Part shown: one piece after another, positions 58,990 through 64,000 of the stretch
How positions within the stretch are numbered: the first letter of the stretch is position 1
Layout: each line of letters starts with the position of its first letter
Origin: Puniceicoccaceae bacterium
GTDB lineage: Bacteria > Verrucomicrobiota > Verrucomicrobiia > Opitutales > Oceanipulchritudinaceae
Direction: 5' to 3'
Assembly (NCBI GenBank): GCA_040830765.1
Contig: JBFOMH010000001.1
Coordinates: forward strand, 1-64,000
Length of the DNA: 64,000 nt
Position numbers and translations under genes: made by a program
Notes under the pieces: generated by a model
What the model saw: only the letters and a program-made list of their open reading frames with translations
Database searches by the model: none
What the model was told of the DNA's origin: nothing

Positions 58990-60314
58990 CAGCCCTTCCC
59001 CCAGCCCATTTGGCGCCGGATGGATTGCATAAGATACATCAGGCAGCGGGGTTGATGGAAGTTCCCCATCCGGTACGGTGAAATGCCTTCCCGCTGCTTG
59101 TCTCTCCCCTGTCGATCAACGGCCTGGCGCCACACGCCATGGGGAGTGGTCATGGTTTCCTGAAGGTAGAACCAGCTCTTGTTAAACCAGTCTCGGGCCC
59201 AGGTTTCGCCCGAAAGCTCATAGGCCAGCATGGTCCCGATGCACACCTCCGTCTGCGCCCACATGGTCTTGATATCCATGACCGGACCGGCCGGGTGTCC
59301 ATCCGTTGCCACCGCATGATAGGCAGTGTCGCAGGTGCCGCCGAATTCCTCATCCCAGCTGATTTCAATGAGATGGCGCATCCTATCCCGGAAATTCGCT
59401 TCCATATCGGCTTTGCCTAATCGTCTTGCTGCCAGCATGCCCATCCATTGGGCTTCAATGCTATGGCCAGGCACCATGAATCCAGCCTGCGTGGGAAGTC
59501 GCGCATAGTCATGTTCGAGAATCTCATTGGAAATGCCGAACTCCGGATTCCAGAATTTGGAATGGAGCAGTTCCAAGTGTTCTGATAGCACCTCCTCAAG
59601 AATCGGATCGGGAGACAACTCGAGCAATTGCGGAATGACCCAGAGAAACATGAATGTATGACCCTGTGAACGCAGACCGCTATTTTCCACTCCCGGGGCA
59701 GTAACGCCCGCATAAGCCGGATCCTCATACCGCTTGATCGATTTCCGCAAGGCTAGTCGGGCGAGTTCGAGGTCCTCTTCTCTTCCCATGGCTTTGGCGA
59801 GGGCAATGAGACCAGCTGCGGCAAACAACGCCCCGTAAATGTTTTGGGAACGGTCGACGGCAATGCTCCCAGTGGGGTTTCCCCCGCGGTCAACCGTGGT
59901 CAGCCAGGTACCGTCGCCTCGATGCATATACCGGACCATGAACTCCCTTGCCATCCGGGCACGGGTCAGGAGCCAGTGCCGGTCGGGAGATTGCGCGAAA
60001 GCATTGTAGTAATGGGAATAGACCCAAATGCCCCGGCCCTGGTACCAGATGTCCTTGCGCGGATCCTGGACACTGCCGTCCGGATAAAGGTAGCAGATAA
60101 ACCCTCCCAGCTCGCCATCGTGTCCCCCGTTCTCCCAGAAGGGAAAGTATTCCTTCAATAACTGGCGCTGACAGGCGTTATAAAATTCGGCCAAGGTTGA
60201 TTGTGAAAACCGCAGGGGCCCTTCCCCCGCGTCCCCGAAGGCCCACGTTCTTCCTAAAAGCGCCCCACCGAGACCTGCGGCTAGGGTGCGTCCTATGAAT
60301 GTCCGTCGATTCAT
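58989..60314 (-). CDS. AGE (N-acylglucosamine 2-epimerase) family protein with Tat signal
   Basis: MNRRTFI signal; WYQGRGIWVYS, PGHSIEAQW, MWAQTE, FHQPR. Confidence 0.85.
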   Translation of the reverse strand: MNRRTFIGRTLAAGLGGALLGRTWAFGDAGEGPLRFSQSTLAEFYNACQRQLLKEYFPFWENGGHDGELGGFICYLYPDGSVQDPRKDIWYQGRGIWVYSHYYNAFAQSPDRHWLLTRARMAREFMVRYMHRGDGTWLTTVDRGGNPTGSIAVDRSQNIYGALFAAAGLIALAKAMGREEDLELARLALRKSIKRYEDPAYAGVTAPGVENSGLRSQGHTFMFLWVIPQLLELSPDPILEEVLSEHLELLHSKFWNPEFGISNEILEHDYARLPTQAGFMVPGHSIEAQWMGMLAARRLGKADMEANFRDRMRHLIEISWDEEFGGTCDTAYHAVATDGHPAGPVMDIKTMWAQTEVCIGTMLAYELSGETWARDWFNKSWFYLQETMTTPHGVWRQAVDRQGRDKQREGISPYRMGNFHQPRCLMYLMQSIRRQMGWGKG

Positions 60315-60433
60315 TGAATTCCAGATCAGCGTAATTGTGGGGTGGATTGCCCGCCATTCCAAGCGCGAACCGTTGTTCCGTAAACTGCAATTTTTACCTG
60401 CCAATTGAAAGTGGACCTTGCATAATCCCCCCC

Positions 60434-61501
60434 ATGAAACTTGGACTCGGCCTCTATCGACAGTCCCTCACGGCAGAGAATTTCCGTTTTGCCCGCCAAT
60501 GCGGGGCCACCCATGTTGTGGTTCACCTGGTCGATTATTTCGGGGGCAGCAATCCGACCCTGAGCCGGGGAGACGACTTGCGCGGCTGGGGAGTCACCCA
60601 GGCGCAGGGACAGCTCTGGTCAGCCGAGGAGCTGCTGGCGCTCCGCAAGGAGGTTGAGCGACACGGACTGGTGTTGGAGGCAATCGAGAATTTCGATCCT
60701 GCCCACTGGCACGATGTCCTGCTGGATGGGCCGAACAAAGACGCCCAACTGGAGGACCTCAAGCAGACTATCCGCAATCTCGGCAAGGCTGGCATTCCGG
60801 TGATGGGCTATAACTTCAGCATCGCGGGTGTCTGGGGATGGACCAAACAGTCAATCGGACGGGGGAAGGCCCCATCACTGGTGTTCGACGAAAGGGATGT
60901 TGATCTCTCCATGCCAATGCCCAACGGGATGGTCTGGAATATGACCTATGATATGGATGCTACGGAGGGGAATGTCCCGGGTGTTTCGGAGACGGAACTG
61001 TGGCAGCGCTTAAAAACCTTTCTTGAGGCGGTTTTGCCCATTGCGGAAGAGTGTGGGGTCCGGCTTGCCGCGCATCCGGATGATCCGCCGGTCCAGACGC
61101 TTCGGGGCCACGCCCGTCTGGTCAACCATCCGGACAAGTTCAACAGGCTCCTCGAGCTGGTTCCCAGTCCGGCCAGTGTCATCGAGTACTGCATGGGAAC
61201 CGTCCAGGAGATGCCGGAGGGTGACTTGTACAGCAGTCTCGATGACCTGTCCTCAGCCGGTAAGATCGCCTATGTGCACGCGCGGAATGTTATCGGAAAA
61301 GTCCCCCGCTACCGTGAGGTGTTTATTGATGAGGGGGATATCGACATGCGCCGGGCATTGGGCATTCTGGCGAAGAACAACTTCGACGGTGTGATCATAC
61401 CGGACCATACCCCCGAAGTCTCCTGCTCCGCTTCCTGGCACGCCGGTATGGCCCATGCCATGGGATACCTTAAAGCACTGATTGACAGCATCGATTCCTG
61501 A
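60434..61501 (+). CDS. uxuA: Mannonate dehydratase (UxuA) family protein
   Basis: GIPVMGYNF, AHPDDPP, YVHARNV, FIDEGDIDM, IPDHTP, AMGYLKAL. Confidence 0.85.
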   Translation: MKLGLGLYRQSLTAENFRFARQCGATHVVVHLVDYFGGSNPTLSRGDDLRGWGVTQAQGQLWSAEELLALRKEVERHGLVLEAIENFDPAHWHDVLLDGPNKDAQLEDLKQTIRNLGKAGIPVMGYNFSIAGVWGWTKQSIGRGKAPSLVFDERDVDLSMPMPNGMVWNMTYDMDATEGNVPGVSETELWQRLKTFLEAVLPIAEECGVRLAAHPDDPPVQTLRGHARLVNHPDKFNRLLELVPSPASVIEYCMGTVQEMPEGDLYSSLDDLSSAGKIAYVHARNVIGKVPRYREVFIDEGDIDMRRALGILAKNNFDGVIIPDHTPEVSCSASWHAGMAHAMGYLKALIDSIDS

Positions 61502-61524
61502 AAGCTACCTAGAACAATATTTCG

Positions 61525-63435
61525 ATGGAATCTGTGAAGGAACCAGTAGCTGCAAGACCTCCCCGGCCATGGGCCTTTCTTGGAGGGAGGATATTAATCT
61601 ATGCCCTGATATTGGCGTCGGTCTTCACAGCGGCGGGTATATTCATGGAGTACGGCTATTACGACGATTTCTGGCAACTGTACTTTTACCAGCATGGGAA
61701 GTTTGAGGCACCAACTTCCCTCTTCTATCAGTGCGGCCGGCCAGTGCAGGACCTGTTGTCGCGTCCGCTTTTCACGGGCATCGACAGTATCAGCGGATTG
61801 GCATGGATTCGGGCCCTCAACCTTCTTGTATTCATCGCATTTGCCGGACTACTGATTTACCTTTTTGAAAGCCTCGGTAGATTCCGCAAAGCAAGTCTCC
61901 CACTGGCACTGATTGCCACGCTAACCCCTGCCACTGGCATAATCTTAGCCTGGGCGACAATGGTCCATGCGCCGGTTTCGCTCCTGTTATCCTTAATCGC
62001 GGGTACCGGTACCCTGCGTGTGTTGGAGAGTCGCCAGATGGCGACTACTTCCAAATTGGGATGGCTGCTACTCTTCCTGGTAATGACCTTGCTTGCGGAG
62101 ATGAGTTACCAACCGTCTGCAGGCGCTTTCCTTCTTCCTTTTATCATCCATCTGGCACGTTCGGGTAATGAAAGAGAAGTGACGCTTTTAGCACTCAAGG
62201 GTGTCCTTTTCTTCCTGCTGGTACTGGTCCTCTACTACATCATCTATAAAATCAGCGTTCTCCTGTGGGTTGGCGAAGGCTGGTTCACTGCAAGGGCTGA
62301 ACCTGGGGCCAATCTGGTTGGTCAGCTTTTGTTCTATCTAACGCATATTCTCAGCCTGGCCGCTTCTTACTGGGAAGTCTTCAGGACAGCGTTACCCGCC
62401 TCCGGGTTTGAAGTTATCCTCGATCGGCTCGCCAATCCCGCTTTAACCATTGCCGTTCTCGGTCTCTGTGTTTACACGTGGCTCCATCCAGTCAGGAGCA
62501 ATCCCCGCGACCCGTGCCGCTGGCTAGGGGCCGCACTGGGACCCTGTTTCATCGGATTGATCCTCGCCCCCGCGATTCTCTCCAGTGAACAGTACTTCAA
62601 TTTCCGGCTGTTCAGTGTCCTCTATATTGCCCTGGTTATCTGGTCGGCCACCGGTCTTGGGCACTTATGGAAACGGTTCCTTCAAAATCATTCAGGATCT
62701 CCAACAGTTGTCTTTGCGTGGATTCTGGCCGCTTACTTTGGATTACAATCGTGGACGCACGTTCGTCACGACCTTATCGAACCGGTCCGTCAAGAATACT
62801 CGATACTGACGGATGCTGTCCTTGGCACCTATGAGGAATACCCGACGTCCATGGTTTACGTGGCCCCCGCTGAGGAATACGCCACGCTGAGCCTCAAAAA
62901 GTCGCGCATCAGCGATTACGGCATCCCGCTGGCCACCCTGCCCTACGGACCACAGCACTTGATTAAGCTGGTCCTTAACAAGCACTTGACCGGGAAATTG
63001 GCTCACCCTCGAAGTGAAAAGGTGGAAGCACTTTTTATCGAGCCAGGGCGTTTCATCGCAAGTGACTGGGTCCGACCCTTGAGGGCTGACTTGTTGTTTG
63101 CGGATTCCATAAGTCCTCCCATTGAACCGGAGTCTCGAATGACCCCAGATCCAGTTTTCGGGCAGGTGATGTCACTTTCAGACGACTGGATCTTCTCAAG
63201 GAAATTTGGGTACCTCAACTTAAGTGAGTATCCACACCTTCTGCACCTGAACTTTGGCTGGATGTACTATTATCCTGAATTCGGTTACATAGAGTTTCAG
63301 CACCCCAACCATGGAAAGCTCAACTCCATGCTCAAGGACTTCCACTACTGGCAGGACGAATCCGGCAACTATTATACCCTGGAAGCCGAGAAGGGAGTGG
63401 TCCATTTCAGGCCATTCAACACAGGTGGTTCCTAA
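61525..63435 (+). CDS. Polytopic GT-C-like (GtrII-like) membrane glycosyltransferase with aromatic C-terminal domain
   Basis: YYDDF first-loop acidic motif, GRP, SYQP; about 11 TM helices. Confidence 0.65.
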   Translation: MESVKEPVAARPPRPWAFLGGRILIYALILASVFTAAGIFMEYGYYDDFWQLYFYQHGKFEAPTSLFYQCGRPVQDLLSRPLFTGIDSISGLAWIRALNLLVFIAFAGLLIYLFESLGRFRKASLPLALIATLTPATGIILAWATMVHAPVSLLLSLIAGTGTLRVLESRQMATTSKLGWLLLFLVMTLLAEMSYQPSAGAFLLPFIIHLARSGNEREVTLLALKGVLFFLLVLVLYYIIYKISVLLWVGEGWFTARAEPGANLVGQLLFYLTHILSLAASYWEVFRTALPASGFEVILDRLANPALTIAVLGLCVYTWLHPVRSNPRDPCRWLGAALGPCFIGLILAPAILSSEQYFNFRLFSVLYIALVIWSATGLGHLWKRFLQNHSGSPTVVFAWILAAYFGLQSWTHVRHDLIEPVRQEYSILTDAVLGTYEEYPTSMVYVAPAEEYATLSLKKSRISDYGIPLATLPYGPQHLIKLVLNKHLTGKLAHPRSEKVEALFIEPGRFIASDWVRPLRADLLFADSISPPIEPESRMTPDPVFGQVMSLSDDWIFSRKFGYLNLSEYPHLLHLNFGWMYYYPEFGYIEFQHPNHGKLNSMLKDFHYWQDESGNYYTLEAEKGVVHFRPFNTGGS

Positions 63436-63444
63436 GCCAGAACC

Positions 63445-63918
63445 TTATCTTGAGCAGGGATGCTCTGGATTACTGGCGTACCATGCCTGCAACTTGGTCT
63501 CCGCCAGTTCCCGTTCCGTATCCGTCAGTGCCTGGTACTTGCGATCATAGCTCCAGCCGTAGCCCCAACGGTACCAGTTGTAGAAATACGGGCTTCCACC
63601 GAGGCGAACACCCTCGTACATCAGATCGGCCAGATCGGCATTGCCAGTCTTCTCCAAAACGCACTCCCGGAGGGCGATATCGGCAGCCAGTCGCTCCTCC
63701 TCGGTTCCACCCATCCAGTAGGCAATATCGTGCTCAAAACAGCAGTCGCACCAGTCTTCTTCAAGAATCAGCGAACGATCAGGGAAAAGGGAACAGCCGT
63801 CACTGCGGAAATCCGCCAAACCAGGAGTTTTCTGGCAACCCGCCAGCACTCCGAACAGCAGCAGGACAAGCGCGTAGCATATCCATAAGCCTGAGTTTTC
63901 TTTTTTGGGAACTCCCAT
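63445..63918 (-). CDS. Putative lipoprotein with phospholipase A2-like CCxxHD motif
   Basis: LAGC lipobox; SDGCS, CCFEHDIAY, ERLAAD..LRECV. Confidence 0.65.
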   Translation of the reverse strand: MGVPKKENSGLWICYALVLLLFGVLAGCQKTPGLADFRSDGCSLFPDRSLILEEDWCDCCFEHDIAYWMGGTEEERLAADIALRECVLEKTGNADLADLMYEGVRLGGSPYFYNWYRWGYGWSYDRKYQALTDTERELAETKLQAWYASNPEHPCSR

Positions 63919-63960
63919 CGGTCAGGAGTCAAAATCACCAACCAGAACCCAGGGGCAAGA

Positions 63961-64000
63961 TTAATCCTTCTGGCTCAGTAACTGGAGGATGTTCACGGAG
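63961..64000 (-). CDS. Possible 3' end of an upstream gene (...SVNILQLLSQKD*)
   Basis: Short open frame ending in TAA at 63961; too short to verify. Confidence 0.25.
   Translation of the reverse strand, partial: SVNILQLLSQKD

Overview
A 64 kb, gene-dense bacterial chromosomal segment. PEP-CTERM and other C-terminal tail types suggest Verrucomicrobiota, probably Opitutae (inference). From left to right: two divergent large secreted HYR-like repeat proteins (the left one runs off the window edge and is absent from the ORF track); YraN and a cupin; tRNA-Arg(ACG) with a REP-like hairpin cluster; a GNAT, an ECF sigma/anti-sigma module, an M20 peptidase, an ATP-grasp enzyme, an orphan OppA and a BspA-type LRR protein; a sugar-acid locus (SSS transporter, LarA-family epimerase, LacI regulator with a perfect operator, gudD, DHDPS-family aldolase, garR) next to a PUL-like run (PEP-CTERM protein, TonB receptor, secreted protein, PL1 pectate lyase); a double adenylate kinase, a double-CAP protein, a purple acid phosphatase and a GH55; a circularly permuted ATP-grasp/alpha-E/transglutaminase operon with a poly-Q tail; assorted housekeeping genes; glpK; and an amino-sugar cluster (BNR protein, SSS transporter, propeller, NagB, NagA, Tat-signal AGE epimerase, UxuA-like). 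The most notable candidates are a Trp/Tyr-rich C-terminal domain on four unrelated exported proteins (possible surface-anchoring system), a non-canonical aldarate pathway, and the poly-Q-tailed peptide-tagging operon. No CRISPR array, integrase or transposase was seen. All calls come from reading motifs by eye; no database searches were run.
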